This document shows, piece by piece, positions 62,963 through 64,000 of a stretch of 64,000 nt of DNA. Position numbers and translations under genes: made by a program. Under the pieces are notes generated by a model. That model saw only the letters and a list, made by a program, of their open reading frames with translations. It did not search any database and was not told where the DNA came from. The stretch spans positions 183,220-247,219 of the forward strand of contig MNCI01000310.1 of the NCBI GenBank assembly GCA_015680685.1, in the 5' to 3' direction. The DNA comes from Gnetum montanum (Eukaryota > Plantae > Gnetophyta). Every line of letters begins with the position of its first letter. The stretch's first letter is position 1.

Positions 62963-64000
62963 TGTTGACCTTTGGTATGTTAAAATGTTATGAAAAATGA
63001 AGTACAATGATGTTTGGAAGAATGTGTGGTTGTTGTATTTGTAGGACTTAGATTAAGACATGAAGGCATGCAGAAGTTCAAGAACATAGATAAGGAATGA
63101 AGATTTCAAAGTGCAAAGGGAGCTGAAGAAAAACATCTCCAAGAAACATTAAATGTCTTGGTAGAATTGAAGGCAGTAAAGGAGAAGGCATATTTGGAAA
63201 AAAACAAACATCTTTCTAAAGATAAAGATGTCTTTCATGAAAAGAAGACATCTTTCTAGAATGAAATTTTAATGTACAAAGACATCTAGTTCTTGAAGAA
63301 GACCTCTTTCTAGAATGAAGGTCCATTGCACAAAGACATCTCAGTCTCAAAGAAGATGTCTTCAGTGACTGTTACTTAGCCATTGCACAAATTCTTAGGT
63401 GATTTTGGAAACATATTGGGTATAAGAAAACTTCATTCTCATTGACAAAAGTGCAAGAATTATTTTCCATCAATTGTATTCATCAAGCAATCATTTTTGT
63501 TCCTCATTTTACAATCTTTTATCTTTTATAATTGGTCAAAGTGAGTTGTACCTCAAAGTATAAGGATTAGGAAACTTAGTTGCATTCTTTCCTTGTGATT
63601 GTTGTTCTCTTATGTTGCCCTGAGGTTAATGTGCTTCTTGTAAGAAGCCATCTTGCTTGAGATTGTTGGAATCTTTTAGGATTGATTGTTGATGTAGTGC
63701 CACAGCACTCTGGAGTGGAGCTCAAGTTGTAAAGGTTGTGAGATCCTGGAAATCACATTCTAAGCTTGTTAAGAACTTGTGGGGTTAATTGGATTAGCAG
63801 TGACAAATCACTCTATTATGGAGCTTAGAGCTTGTACATGGTATGGTACCTTTCAAATCATATTTGAAAGAAACAAAGTTCAAAGGTATGCTTGCAAATT
63901 ACGCTTGAGTGTGGACTACCTAAGTTGGGGAACCACATTAAATTTGGTGTGTGTGCTTTATCTCAACAAATTTTTAATTGGAGAAACTTATTCATCTTCC
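62963..64000 (+). mobile_element. Probable LTR (Ty1/copia SIRE-like layout), runs off the window end
   Basis: TG start; repeated palindromic aagacatct/agatgtctt units at 63130-63365; TATAA at ~63421; U5-like gtggac...gaaccac.ttaaa at ~63910-63940. No coding sequence in the window to confirm. Confidence 0.45.

Overview
Eukaryotic, AT-rich, CpG/CHG-depleted land-plant DNA (the lineage cannot be fixed from sequence) made almost entirely of nested, decayed transposons; no intact protein-coding gene, tRNA, rRNA or CRISPR array was found. In order: (i) two minus-strand LTRs and the 3' half of a Tat-type Ty3/gypsy element ('C', 1343-~5050); (ii) a 3'-truncated L1 LINE (~5200-9595) abutting a receptor-like kinase fragment; (iii) Tat-type element 'A' (~12310-22700) with RT-RH-aRH-INT but no visible gag/protease, carrying instead an antisense spliced gene with an FCP1/SCP-type HAD phosphatase-like domain and a Transposase_32-like domain; (iv) a BAHD acyltransferase pseudogene; (v) a decayed Transposase_32-like/coiled-coil/Ulp1 protease gene next to a ~358-bp higher-order tandem array, into which Tat-type element 'B' (31823-40056; gag+protease only) has inserted; (vi) a full-length decayed Athila-like element (43393-56787, minus); (vii) another Transposase_32-like ORF, a LINE RT remnant and a probable LTR at the end. 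The most unusual signals are the phosphatase-like antisense gene, a ~30-bp hairpin-motif array shared by the three Tat elements, and the complementary gene content of A versus B/C. Domain calls are by-eye motif recognition, not database searches.
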